From Selaginella moellendorffii (lineage: Eukaryota; Plantae; Lycopodiophyta), in NCBI RefSeq assembly GCF_000143415.4, contig NW_003314328.1, positions 709,889-773,888 on the forward strand: a stretch of 64,000 nucleotides of DNA. The letters run 5' to 3'. The notes beneath the pieces were generated by a model that was given only the letters and a program-made list of their open reading frames with translations, was not told the DNA's origin and made no database searches. Made by a program: the position numbers and the translations under genes. This document shows positions 24,909 through 37,104 of this stretch, one piece after another; within the stretch, counting starts at the first letter, position 1; every line of letters begins with the position of its first letter.

Positions 24909-27006
24909 TTACAAATCGTTGGATGGTTTAACAAATGGAGTAGAAGCGACCGGCCCGAACAAAGCGTCTTCGTCATCGTCATTGTCTTCGTCTCCAAAGA
25001 GAAGGCTCGAAAGTGCGGTGCTCCGGAATGGCAGTGCTGCTGCCGGCTTGTTTAGCCTCGTCGGTGATGGACTCAACGCTCCCGGCGTCTCCTTTGATCT
25101 CGTTGGCGTCACGATTGGACTCAGCGCTCCCGGCGTCTCGTTTGATATCGGTGGCGTCACGATTGGATTCAGTGGTTCCGGCGTCTCGTTTGATCTCGTG
25201 GATGTTGCGACCAAGCTTGGTTGCGGTGACACCGGATTTAACTTGGACAGCTTTTCTTCTTCCTTCTCCTCCTCGTCATCGTCGTCCTCATCTTCATCAA
25301 ACAGGGACTTGTGTCTAGCAGAACTCGTGCTCGGCTCTGATGGATCTTTAGACACGAGCGTCTCGTCTGTAGAAGAAAGCCCACTCTCAAGTTTGCGTAA
25401 AGTTTATGAAATCACACCACTCACCTGAGCTGCTCCCAGCTTTCTCGGCTGCTTGAGATCGCGATTCTCTGGAGAAAACAATTCACAAACTCAAAGACGA
25501 ACATAAAAGCTGGTAGCTTACTCTTGCCCGACGTCTGGAAACTCCGGTTGTGTGCCAGCAGGAAAAGAAAAGGATACTCGAGGTTCGTGGTGAGAGCTCG
25601 CGTCTTCCTCGCTCTCGCTCCAGTGGGAGGATTTGTCCGAAGAGCTCGCATCTGGCTGTACTGGAGGTGGAAGGATTTGAGACTTTGCTTCTCGCCTTGC
25701 TCTCTCCTCCTCCAATTGTTGCGGAGAGTAGTGACGCTGGTCAGCTTCCCGAGCGATTTTGCCAAGTATGTCGTCAAGGGTAGCTTTTCCTTCGTTTACA
25801 ATGTCATTGTTGCTCGCGCTTCCCAAGCCAGTCCTGCCATCAAACTTTAGAAAGCATGCATTGAGTGGAGCGACCAGCAAAATGATACTAACTCATTTTC
25901 CGCGTTAACGTTTGCTGGTTCATATATGGGATCCATTCTTGAGCCATCGTCACCTAAGAAAACAAATCATACACTAAATAGACAGAAAACCGATGCTCAC
26001 TTGTTACATATGAAGCTCGCAGGGCCGCTTCAAGCATTGCTTTGAAGTCCAGAGCAGCAGAGACGGCTGGTTCGTGGTGATCCTTGTGAACAAGCAAAAA
26101 CACGAAGATAAGAGACTTAGAACGAATAAAACTCTCGCTTACTTGATCCTCAGGTGCCTCGTTACTGGGCTCTGACCATTCACCGTCCGAAATCACGCCA
26201 CCGGCAACCATCTCAGCAGCCATGTTAACCCCATCCTTTTCGGCTTCAGAGTCGTATTCTCGTGTCACCGAGGTGGACGCTTTGTCTCTCAAATCTGAAA
26301 AACAAGAAAAGAAAAGCTCGTGTTCAATGTTTCGAGAAATAAATGAACGAAACCTGGCAAGCCACAGTGAGGATCACGCATGAACTCCTCGCTTCCAATT
26401 ATATAAGGCAAACTCCTGGGCCTCGCTTCCTGATAAGAGAAAGTAACATCTTCTCAACCACAGGAAAAGCTCGAGAGAACTGACGAGATCTTACTCGGCT
26501 TCGAGAAAGCTTTAGATGCTCGTTCCATGCAGTGGTAACAGCCTCCTTGTAGCGAGGAGCAATATCACCCTCGTAGCTCTCCACACGCTGCGGTTCTCCA
26601 TCCTTTTCTTGCTCGGGAGTCACGGTTTCGTCTTCCTCATAGACACGCTGCTCACAGAGTTGAGGCGAAGTCTCTCAAACACATGAAAGGAAAAGAAAAG
26701 CACTCACATTCTCAATGAACTGCGTGTTGGAGAGAAGCCTGAAAGAATTAAACGCGTTCTTTAGATCCTGCTCAACGGAGGCGGTGTGATCCGCGAGCCG
26801 ATCAATCTGCGCTCGCAGATCCTCAGCTCTGCCCTTGACGCTGGCGGCAAACCTCTCCAGCCATTCCTGCAACTGGAGAGAAAAGAGAAAAGGCACAATC
26901 AGCGAGCACGAGAAGAGAGAAATGCTACCTGAGCACCAGATTGGAGAGAAAATCCCGATGTCGCGGAATGCTCTAGCAGCGCTCGGAGCTTCTCCCGCTC
27001 CTCCAT
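24909..27006 (-). CDS. WASHC2: WASH complex subunit 2 (FAM21)-like protein, multi-exon
   Basis: FSLQSGAQ|LQEWLERF...NAFNSFRLLSNTQFIEN|RVYEED, RSLPYIIGSEEFMRDPHCGL, and C-terminal LF+acidic motifs (SLFDEDEDDD, LLFGDEDNDDD). Confidence 0.85.
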
Positions 27007-27059
27007 TCCATGAGCCCTAATTGACCTAGAAACAGAGCTCTAAAAAGATTTTGGTCTCG

Positions 27060-27230
27060 AAGAGCTCCTGTCCACGCCGCGTAGGAGCAAAAGAAGCTGA
27101 TAAGAAACCGGGACCTTTCTTGTGGATTGAACTAGGATCTTATTCGTTTCCCAGATCCTGGGGAGATCTTCGTGCTCGACGCCTTTGAGCACGGCTCGCA
27201 TGGAAAAGGGGCGTTGAGCAGGGTCACGAA
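27060..27230 (-). pseudogene. Tau GST fragment
   Basis: PFSMRAVLKGVEHEDLP...KVPV matches the GST N-termini at 33.7 and 36.0 kb, with deletions. Confidence 0.75.
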
Positions 27231-27770
27231 TCGATCGCAAGGCGCCATGGATGGAAATCGTCTTGGAATGGAAGAAAAGTGTCAAGACTGTTTGCACCAA
27301 GTCTTCGCGGCGCGGATTTCCAGCGAAACGCAGAATTTCGGAAGAGCAATGCGTGATAAGGGAACCAGCCTACGTATTTTCGGTTTACCCAGGGTTGTTA
27401 CCTCTCGAGAACCGGGGAGAAGGACTAGACGCATTAGTGGCATGGGTTCTTGGGAACACGTTATGAGAACGCAGTTCTTGGGTATCTTTGCGTGGCGTTT
27501 GATCGAACCAAGGTCTTTGATCAGCTCAGGTTTCCTCTCAGGCATGTTCTTGGCTAAATCGATCGGGAACAAGAATTTGCTGATCGGATCCCATCAGCAC
27601 ATTTGCTTGGCCTACAATCTCAAGTGGATGAGCGAATGTCTTTGAGGAAGCTATGTCAGATCACAATCTTCCATTAGAAATAAAAGAAGAAGAATTCCCT
27701 CGAGTACACAAAAAAGAATGCTCACCATCTGTGTATACTGCCGACACATTCCCGACCTAGTCTCGTCGCA

Positions 27771-28896
27771 TCAAAGACCCTAAATCAACCATTTAGTAGT
27801 TAGAACGCAAAATAGCTAAAGGAATTGTTTTGTCTTTACCTTTTCCTTGATTGACAATAATGCCATTGCGTACATAGCTTCAGTCATTTTTATATTATTA
27901 TCATGAATTAAATACCCTCGACTTGCCTGTAAAAGAAACAAAAATAAAACCAAAAAACTATACATGTATGAATAATCACCTCAATAAAAAGATGTTGTTT
28001 TCTTAATAACCATATACATTTTTCAGTCATTAATAGTGCATAAGGCAGATTGTTAAAAAGCATATATTGATATATTTGAGAAAGAGCATTGTGAGTGTGT
28101 GTTCTAGAGAATAGTCTTTTAAGATTTGTATTACCACCTGTGAAAAATTCATTATAATAAACTAGGATATTCACTTTACTTACTCCAAGCCATATTTTCA
28201 AAAAATTTCCCTTCTCCCAACAAATAGGCAGAAATAAAATATGTAAATTGCTCTTTTGACTTTGGTTCTTCAACTATAATTGTTTTAAATAATCCAAAAT
28301 CTGGCTTAAGATAAAAATCTTTAGTGGTTGGGGCAGTAATTATGGTCCAACTTAAATCAATATTAATGCCTTTTGTTCTTCTAAAAAATTCTTTTGCTCC
28401 TATTGAAGATAATTTAATATAAGGATGTAAAAAGCAACGTATGCTTTCCTCATCCACCAAAGGAAGACAATATGTTTGGATGGCTGGAACCTTAGAAACA
28501 AAAAAAAGATAAATATACACATAATAATATATTGAAAATACTCACTTTGAAATCTTGCAAAACATGTTTACTTTGTTGGAGTAATGGAAAGATTTCAGCA
28601 TCAAAATCCCATTCAACAATATCTAGAAGTTTTTCTTCAATATTAATTTTCGTTGTAAGTTGAGATACTTGAGTTTCTGTTAGCTTTGTCTTTCTAAAAA
28701 AGATTTTAAGAATACCATAAGCATGCAATTATGAAAATTACCTTTCTCCTTGTGAATCTGGAGTGTTATACTTTTGGTCAGGGATTGTAATATCAATAAG
28801 TGCATCATGAAAAGATAATAAATTTGGTTGAACATTGACATTAGGTCCTCCCATATCAATCATTTTCCCTTTTTGTTTTCTTTGCCTTGTCTCCAT
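27771..28896 (-). CDS. AT-rich 6-exon gene encoding a PD-(D/E)xK (restriction-endonuclease fold)-like protein
   Basis: Exons 28896-28742, 28693-28546, 28490-28184, 28137-27980, 27926-27840 and 27779-27771 join through GT-AG introns without stops. Motifs YLKPDFGL...LLGEGKF...ALSQIYQYMLFNNLPYALLMT. Confidence 0.7.
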
Positions 28897-29519
28897 CCTA
28901 GATTATACAAAAACAATTGCATGAATAAAACTATGAGTCATAGATTACCTTATTTTGAAGAATCAATAAAAAAAAAAGAGCTCGCGGCTGTTGGAGAGAG
29001 AAAGAAATGAAGCTCACGGCATCAGAGATGAAGCGCACGGAGAGGGAGGGAGGCAGGGAGAGTGTGTGTGTGTGTGTGTGAACACAGCAGCTTGAGAAAT
29101 GAAGCGCAGAGGAGCAGTTGCAAGGGCTTCACCTCGATCGGCGTGGAACCTGGAACAAAAAGAAAAATGTGAGTGTAGCTCTGTGGAGAATGAAATGGCT
29201 CGGAAATTTTACTCACGCCTGGATTCCAAGAACTTTACGGGCTTGACGAGGCCAGAGGAAAGAAGCACCCCCAACAAAAACCGCAGAAGGAAGCCGTGGT
29301 CGGATGAAAAAGACGGAGGATGCAACGACCTGCAATCAAAAGCTTAGCTCATAACAGGTATCTGTGATGAGGAGCTAACAGACAGACAGAGGGGGAGAGA
29401 GAGAGAGAGAGACCTTGATCAGGGATTTAAGATCGTGGCAAATCGCTTTGTAAGAGAAAGAACACCCTCTTGCTGGGAGACAGCGAAAATGGCGAGCGCT
29501 GGAGCTCTTCCTGAGGATG

Positions 29520-29720
29520 TTGGATGCTGGAGATGGAAGCTATGGCGAACTTCCTCGTGCTCAAGGCCTGGGGAGCGGCCGTGGCTCTGGACAAGCTCAA
29601 AGTGATCGAAGCAAGGATCTTCAGGGCCGTTGATGAAACTTTGGCCACTTTGCTTGTGGATGTTTACGGGAAGATCCGGACACGCAAGTGTATAGATCGC
29701 TGCTGTTGGAGGTGGTGACT
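29520..29720 (+). pseudogene. Possible degenerate PPR fragment
   Basis: FLVLKAWGAAVALDKLKVIEARI...LATLLVDVYGK resembles an L/S PPR motif; flanked by GA microsatellites. Confidence 0.4.
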
Positions 29721-30324
29721 TGGTTCACAGAGACACAGAGAGAGAGAGAGACCCGGGGGGGGGGGGAGGCTGGCTGGCTTGCTCCTTTCTTGAAAGCAAC
29801 CTGGGAAAATTCGGCCAGTCGGGATTATTTCACGAGCGATGGTGGACATGCAACGATGCTAGACCAAGACACAAAGTTTAGGGAGATTGGTGCAACGGAG
29901 AGATGCATCCTATCAAGACGATGCTGCCGGGGAAGCATGCTTGTAGAGCATTGGGAGACAGCAAAGAAGCTGCGATGCTAGAAAGCCAACAAATCCGACC
30001 AAGTAACTAACTGGGCAAACTGTGCAATCAAAGAAACACAAAAGACTTGTTGTTTTACCCGGTGCGGTGACCATGAATTTATACAGCGAGTCAAAAAACT
30101 CTTTGACTAGAGTTAAAATCGTTTTTACCAGCTGGGAATCTTTGCCAGCTCTGTCTAGTTCTACCTCACCAGACCTACGCCAGTAGGCCTTGACTGAGTG
30201 AGGTGACAGCCTGAGTATGCTGTGACTGGGTGAGGTGATATTATATTGTAGGCCGTAACCCTAAAAATGATTCTTTTAGAATATTCTTGCACCCAAAGTT
30301 CGCATTTTGGTGAAAGCTAGGGCT

Positions 30325-31944
30325 ATGGAAGAAGTCGCTCGCGTGGAAGCACCTCCTGCCGCTGTCCAGCCGCCATTGCAGAGGGTAAGAAGTGGGGTTT
30401 CAGGCAGTCCTATCCTCAGGTCGATCGCGCGCAAGATGGAAGTTGCAACAGCGAGCAGGGCGTCTCCGAGAGTCGTCCTCCCGCAGCACTGGCAAGAGGA
30501 GATGGTTCGCGTGGAGCCGACTCGTATCAATCCCGTCCAGGCCGACCCAGAGAAAGCGTGGCGGGCATCCGCGAACGTGTTTGAGGAGTGGATCGTTGAC
30601 GTCGAGGACGCGAGCTGGAAGGAGTTCGTCCAGACCCCGCTGCCCGAGCTCCCTGAGCTAGTGATCCGCACGTACTCCAACGTTTCGCCACCGCCGCTCG
30701 CCGAGCTCTGCCCGCTCGACTTTGAGATGCGCTGCTGGTGGTCGTTTCATGGAGAGATGGACGAGTGGATCCAGCAGCAGCCGGACGATTTGCCAGCTCC
30801 AGATGCTTGTCCGCTGGGACATTTTCGGTGGATCGCACTGAATCTGCTGCATATGTCCGGGCAAATCCAGGACACTTCACTAGCGGCCTTGTGCTGCTAC
30901 CCCGATGCGATGGTCAGAGCAGATCCTGGGATTCCCTCTCTGCCGGATTGCAGGAAGATGTGTCTCGTTGGTGTCATGGCGATGAATCTCGACGAGAAGA
31001 ACAGCAGCCTGGAGATTCAAGCTGCGAGGCTCTACTCGTACATGTTGCTCACGGGCTCACACTTTGGGATTCTGTCCTCCTACTTCAAAACTTTTGCTTG
31101 CAAGAGGCTGCCGGGTTTGGATGGGTGCTTGTGGATCTCACCTCCGCTGCTCTACAACAGCGGCGACACGCTCAAAGCTTGCGGATTTGTGGCATGGCAG
31201 GCACAGAACTTCTGCGAAGCTAGAGCAGTGCCAATTCCTCCCGATCTCCAGGCTCCTTTTACAGGGACGGGGCCTCGAGCGTTTGATCGTGTGCCGATTC
31301 TTGCGAGGCTTCGGAAGCTTGCCAAGGAGCAGGGTGTTGCAAACATGGACGAGCTTGTGGAGAAGCTTTCGTGGTGGGACGATCTACATGCCCTGAGCGA
31401 GCCTAGTATCTACTCACACAACGCAGAGAAGGGGCGGATCCTGGCGTCTGCCGAGTACCATGGGAGGCTTGTGCTCGTCAAGTTCAGGGACTTGACGCAA
31501 AGCGAGTGTTTGGATACAGACTTTTACCTGCGGAGGTTCCTTCGTGAGGTGGACGTTTACATGCGGCTCCGGGATTTGCAGGGCGATGCCATTCCGGAGA
31601 TGCTCGACTATGGTTTCGTGCGTGGCGCCACCATTTGCTTCGTTATCCTCACATATTGTGGCAACTTCTCGAAAATGGTTCCTTTGTATGGCAAGCGCTT
31701 CAAATCGTTAAACGACGATGGTGGCACCTTCGATGCGGGAGCTGAGTATGATGTGATCATGTCCCTCCTGCAAAAGGTTCATGCTCAGGGCGTCCACTTT
31801 GCTGGTAAGCCGGACTGGACGCGCATGTATGGCCAAGCTAGCCGATTTTTCTTGGTTGGAATGGCAGGGGGGCATCTGGGAGTCAGCGATGCTGCCAAGG
31901 CTAAGGATGTTGAGTTTTTGCGTGCTTCTTTGTTACCAGTATAG
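30325..31944 (+). CDS. Intronless REase-like + protein kinase-like (pseudokinase) protein, Crinkler/CR-effector-type architecture
   Basis: QAARLYSYMLLTGSHFGILSSYFKTFACKR..LWISPPL, followed by VLVKF...LREVDVYMRLRDLQGDAIPEMLDYG...LQKVHAQGVHFAG. The HxD and DFG motifs are degenerate. Confidence 0.65.
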   Translation: MEEVARVEAPPAAVQPPLQRVRSGVSGSPILRSIARKMEVATASRASPRVVLPQHWQEEMVRVEPTRINPVQADPEKAWRASANVFEEWIVDVEDASWKEFVQTPLPELPELVIRTYSNVSPPPLAELCPLDFEMRCWWSFHGEMDEWIQQQPDDLPAPDACPLGHFRWIALNLLHMSGQIQDTSLAALCCYPDAMVRADPGIPSLPDCRKMCLVGVMAMNLDEKNSSLEIQAARLYSYMLLTGSHFGILSSYFKTFACKRLPGLDGCLWISPPLLYNSGDTLKACGFVAWQAQNFCEARAVPIPPDLQAPFTGTGPRAFDRVPILARLRKLAKEQGVANMDELVEKLSWWDDLHALSEPSIYSHNAEKGRILASAEYHGRLVLVKFRDLTQSECLDTDFYLRRFLREVDVYMRLRDLQGDAIPEMLDYGFVRGATICFVILTYCGNFSKMVPLYGKRFKSLNDDGGTFDAGAEYDVIMSLLQKVHAQGVHFAGKPDWTRMYGQASRFFLVGMAGGHLGVSDAAKAKDVEFLRASLLPV

Positions 31945-32240
31945 AAGAAGCGTGCGAGAATCCGGGATACAAATTTTTATCGAGCTTAGATAGGAGACTC
32001 TAGCTGTTATAGTTTATGGTTTTCACTAAATTTTCGGGTTGGAGAACAGGTTGACATTCCTTCTGATGCATTTTAGAGACTGTAATTTAAGAAGAATAGA
32101 ATTGTATTTAAGAGTTTCTAATCAATTGCTTTCATAAAAAAAAAAATGGTAGAACGACATAGCATAGCTGTGAGAAACTTGATTTTATATTCCAGAAAGA
32201 ATTATAGAGGAGTGCCAAAATTTTATCATTTGATTCGATC

Positions 32241-32906
32241 TCAAAAGATTTTACAAATCTTCCTGTATCTCTTTGTTTTGGCGATGTCAAGGGCCCGTGT
32301 CAAATCCTCCGCCTTAGCAAATGTCTCCAGGAAAAACCCAATGTCCTTGAGATGTGAATACTTCCGCCCCTTCCTGTTCTTGAAAGCCGGGATGGGGATT
32401 CCATTCCTGGGCTGCAAGGAAAAGGAGTGGGGATTGTCGTCCACGATCACCACACGCTTCAAGTCGCGACCCAAGCGCGACAAGTCTTTGATCATCGTTT
32501 CCCCTCCGTCGCAAGACACACACGAATCCCGGTACAGGCGGTGAGTGATCAATCCCTCTGGGTCGAGCTTGTCCAGAATCTTGTCTGCATAGTACTGCAT
32601 CGCCGCGGTAAACACAACTATCTCGTAGAGCTTTGCCATGTCTCGCAGGAACTCGTCCACACCGGGCCGCTTAGCCACCATGTAGCGCTCCAGTGGCACA
32701 ACTTTCCCGCTGAAGAGCCTGAGCGTTGCTTTCCCCTCTTGGGCATGGATGAGGGTGTTGTCCATGTCCAAAACCAACGTTGGCTTGTTTGGATCCAGAG
32801 GTGGCGGTAGAATACATGTAGTAAACTCACCCTTCGTTTTCACCTTCTTGGGCTGTGGCATAAGATCTAGTGTCTGAAAATCCCAATCTCCATGCTCGCG
32901 CTTCAT
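32241..32906 (-). CDS. SCP/NIF-family CTD small phosphatase-like (HAD)
   Basis: TLVLDMDNTLIH, KRPGVDEFL, YEIVVFTA, IKDLSRLGRDLKRVVIVDDNP; intronless. Confidence 0.92.
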   Translation of the reverse strand: MKREHGDWDFQTLDLMPQPKKVKTKGEFTTCILPPPLDPNKPTLVLDMDNTLIHAQEGKATLRLFSGKVVPLERYMVAKRPGVDEFLRDMAKLYEIVVFTAAMQYYADKILDKLDPEGLITHRLYRDSCVSCDGGETMIKDLSRLGRDLKRVVIVDDNPHSFSLQPRNGIPIPAFKNRKGRKYSHLKDIGFFLETFAKAEDLTRALDIAKTKRYRKICKIF

Positions 32907-32999
32907 TTTCGACAGAACGAAAGAGATAGCCCTAGAGGTGGCCTTTTAGTGAACGAACTAATACATTGAAAACCTTAAACTCGCTATCAATTTGATCGC

Positions 33000-33723
33000 T
33001 CACTTTCTCGCAAAGTGAGCCTGGATAAACTCTTTGAGCTTCTCGATCTGCGGCAGTGCCGCTTTGGCCGAGGGATGCTCGGCCACGGCCCCGAAGAGTT
33101 TGTGGAGACGTGGGCATTGCTCCGGGCTCGCGGGCTTCAAGCCCATCACTTGCTCAACCCCTGGGATCAACACCGAATAGGGAGCCAGCATCACATCCAA
33201 GAACGACATGCTCGCGCCGCCAAAGAAGGGGCCATCTTCCTCACTGCCCAGCTCCGCCAGAGCTCCCTCGAGAAGCATACAGTTTTGGATGAACTCCTCG
33301 TTCACGGCAGCGCCACCGTCGCTGCTGCGCATGAATTGTGCCAAGGAGTCGAAAATCTGTGTGATCAATAAAGGAAGAAATAGCAGCAGATTTATCGAAG
33401 AAACCCCATACCTTCTTGTCAATGAAATCGGTCCAGAAGCGGTGCTTTGCGCGGAGAAATGCGTCCTGAGGCAAGAGTGGGCTTGTTTCGGGCCAGACCT
33501 CGTCGATGTAGTGGACGATGATCACCGATTCGGAGACGGGCTTGCCCTTGTGGATGAGAACCGGGATCTTCTTGTGAACTGGATTGGACTCGAGCAGGAG
33601 CTTACTCTTGTTACCCAAATCCTGGGGGAGATCTTCGTGCTCGATGCCCTTGAGCAACAGTGCAAGCTTGGCTCGCATGGAAAAGGGGCTGGCCCAAACT
33701 GTGAGCAGTGTTACAGAAGCCAT
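33000..33723 (-). CDS. Tau-class glutathione S-transferase 1, 2 exons
   Basis: WASPFSMRAKLAL...SNPVHKKIPVLIH..ESVIIVHYIDEVW; exon 2 contains PFFGGASMSFLDV. Confidence 0.93.
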
Positions 33724-34189
33724 AACTGGAAGACTCGGAAGAAAAATTGGAAATGCAACTGGAGTGAGGTTTGACTGAATGAAGGGATAACATGGATGGA
33801 GTGCGTCCAAGGCGGCTCCTCTTGAAGAGAACGCAAACGTAAAAAAAGTCCAGTCAAAGAAATTAGAAATCCAGAGGTAGAACAAGACCAAGGCTTGATT
33901 GCGCATCTGCTGGATGCGGCATTGGAATTTGAGGGTGATGATGACTCGATGGAAGAGAGTACTCGAGAGTCAAAATATCTAGTAATCCCATGCCTCAGGC
34001 TGGCGCCGGTGGGCTAGTAGCCGGAGGAAGCAGTGCGATCTCGACCCGATGAGAATAGTGGCTGAATAGCTTCAGGCCTTCCATGGATCCGGAAAAGAAG
34101 ATCTCTTAGAACGTGATCGATCCAATGAGTCTTGGGTAGTGTGATTGTTTCTATAACTAGAAAAAAATAAGAAACTCCTTTTAGCACGT

Positions 34190-34725
34190 ATCCTCTTCGT
34201 CATCCTCGTCTATCTTCATCAAACATGAACTCCTGTTAGGCTCGGATGGATCTTTGGACACTAACACCTAGTTTGCGTACAGTTCATGAAATCACCGTGT
34301 TTTGTATTTCAAAGTTAATGAGAATGAACGAAACCTGGCAAGATCACGCATGAACTCCTCACTCTTAAGAGAAAGTTCTCTCTACTAACAAGTAACTTCA
34401 AAGATTTTTAAGAGATCTTACTCGACTTCGAGAAAGCTTTAGATGCCGTTCCATGCAGTAGTGACAGCCTCCTTGTAACGAGGAACAATACCACCCTCGT
34501 AGCTCTCCACACAAGGCGATTCTCCGTCCTTTTCTTTCTGGGGAGTCAAGGTTTCATCTTCCTGCACCTTTCAAACACGTCACGGCAGGAAAGGGAAAGA
34601 AATAATGAATTGCGTGTTGGAGAGAAGCCTGAAAGAATTAAACGCATTCCTACTCAACGGAGGCGGTGTCAATAAATCTGCCATCCCAGATTCTCACCTC
34701 TACCCTTGACGCTCGGGGCAAACCG
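34190..34725 (-). pseudogene. Deletion-collapsed copy of WASHC2/FAM21
   Basis: Colinear blocks match 25270-25355, 26341-26390, 26490-26640 and 26713-26850. Confidence 0.85.
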
Positions 34726-34779
34726 AGAAAGAGAATTAGTTTCTTGGAAATCATCAAACTTAATTCATCAAAATTGCAT

Positions 34780-34940
34780 CCATGATCATGGGCCAGCCTC
34801 TTTTTCATGCGAGCAACTTGCACTGTTGCTCAAAGGTCGCAGGATCTGTGGCAAGATCCTCCTCGACTCCAATCTCGGTTCTTATCCACAAGGGCAAAAA
34901 TCATCGTCATCGACTAGGTCTGGCCCGGAGAATCTCTATT
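34780..34940 (+). pseudogene. Inverted tau GST fragment
   Basis: gggccagcctctttttcatgcgagc..cttgcactgttgctcaaagg..ctcgactccaatc..gttcttatccacaagggcaa matches GST exon 1. Confidence 0.7.
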
Positions 34941-35286
34941 CTTGCAATCGATTAAGGACATAGATTTCGGATATTCTTGTACGAAAATGACTTTCTTATT
35001 AGTACTTGTCCACTAGAGTTTGTTGGCGATGATCTTTGGAAGGAAAACATTTAGATTATATGACATTCTATATCTCGATGAGCTCCTTTCGTGGATGATG
35101 GTCAAGTTATGCGCACTGGGTCACACAGGAAGAGCCGTGTGGGAAGCAGAAAAGCTAGCTTCAAATCTTTTTGTTATCTCGAGCTAGCGATATGACCGTT
35201 TCTCGAGGAAGGCAAAGCAAGCAACGCTAATGTAAGATTATCATAGACAACTTGGAACGGTCAATAACAAGAGAGCTTTTCATCGC

Positions 35287-36011
35287 TCACTTGCTCCCAT
35301 AGCGAGCCTGGATATACTCCTTGAGCTTGTCGATCGGCGGCAGCGCCACTTTGGCCGAGGGATGCTCGGCCACGGCCCCGAAGAGTTTGTGGAGACGCGG
35401 GCATTGCTCCCGGCTCGCGGGCTTCAAGCCCATCACTTGCTCAACCCCTGGGATCAACACCGCATAGGGAGCCAGCATCACATCCAAGAACGACATGCTC
35501 CCGCCGCCAAAGAAGGGGCCCTCTTCCTCATCGCCCAGCTCCGCCAGAGCTCCCTCGAGAAGCAAACAGTTTTGGATGAACTCCTCGTTCACGGCAGCGC
35601 CACCGTCGTTGCTGCGCATGAATCGTACCAAGGAGTCGAAAATCTGCGTGATCGATAAGCAAGAAGAGTTATAGCAGCAAATAATACCTTCTTCTCGATG
35701 AAATCAGTCCAGAAGCGGTGCTGTGCGCGGAGGAATGCGTCCTGCGGCAAGAGTGGCGATTTTCCAGGCCAAACCTCGTCGATGTAGTGGACAATGATGA
35801 CCGACTCTGCGATGGGCTTGCCATTGTGGATGAGAACCGGGACCTTCTTGTGAACTGGATTGGACTCGAGTAGGATGTTGCTCTTGTTGTCCATATCCTG
35901 GGGGAGATCTTCGTGATCGATGCCCTTGAACAACAGTGCAAGCTTGGCTCGGATCGAGAAGGGGCTGGGCCAAAAGGTGAGCAGTGTTACATCTTGATCG
36001 TGAGAAGCCAT
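35287..36011 (-). CDS. Tau-class glutathione S-transferase 2, 2 exons
   Basis: FWPSPFSIRAKLAL...SNPVHKKVPVLIH; close tandem paralogue of GST1. Confidence 0.93.
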
Positions 36012-37104
36012 GGCTGGATGGAAAATTGAGAAGAAAAGTTAGAAATGCGAATGGACTGAGGTTTAATCTTTATAACATGGGGTGCGTCCCAGGCGGCTCC
36101 CCGACCAATTGCCAAGAAGGCAAACGAGAAGTGTCCAAATAGGAATTAAACTTCTAGCAATGGGAAATAAAACTGTTTATTTTTATCTGGTAGCATGACG
36201 TTATATTTATGAAATCACTTGTGGGCTACGGCGTTTGACCTTTCTGCTGGAGCATTCTTACGTCTGTGAGTTTTATCTGATGATCTGACCCAAAAGATTG
36301 ATATCCCAATCAACTACCCAGTGTCTCGCTTCACCTGAGTGCTTTATCTGTGAAACAACAATGTTTCTACTATTGGTCTCTTTTTTTCTGGCAAACCAGA
36401 TATCATGAACATTAGAAGCGATTGCAATACTTGTCCTATTGCTCTCATTTGTGTGTGCATTTGCAGAACTGCCATTTGTGCTCTTCAGAACATCCCTAGA
36501 GAGATCGTGATGACCATTTGCCAAGTTTCAAATCAAGAAAACACTAAATAATAGCCCAAATCTAAGATGATTGCTTCAAGAGATGGCTAACGTCTCCTAG
36601 CTCCCACACCAAACCCCCATGCAACTTAGCTCACCCAAGTTCAAGAAAAGGGAATTGCCTGCTGGAATCCAAAAGCTCAGAAACCAAAAAAGAATATACA
36701 CTGAAATTGTGGTGTATTTAGTTTATGCCAAGCTTCCAAAGTTGTTGATGTGCACGCCATGAAGAAATAAAAGCTGTATGTGTTGATTCTTGCACCAAAT
36801 CCAGAAATTCTTGATGCTAAATCACACATCTCGATGAGATCTATGAGCTATTATTGCCATTTCTCAAATTGATTCTCCAATGAACTGCAAAGAGAAGAAA
36901 ACCAACTTATTTTATGTAAAAAGAAAAGAAATTCAAGAAATCTTTAGCATTTGAGCATGACATTTAGAATTTTTTCAGCTAAGCACATCCTTTATTACTT
37001 TTAAGATCTCTTTAGCACCAGTGCCATCACCAAAATTTAGATTTCTCAAAAATTTACTAGGAAAAACCAAAGAATTAAGGGGAGGATTAGTTAAAAAGCA
37101 ATCC

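Noticed and set aside
36200-37100. Gag gene downstream of the Tat-type PBS
   Set aside because: Only stop-ridden AT-rich sequence; no domain could be supported.
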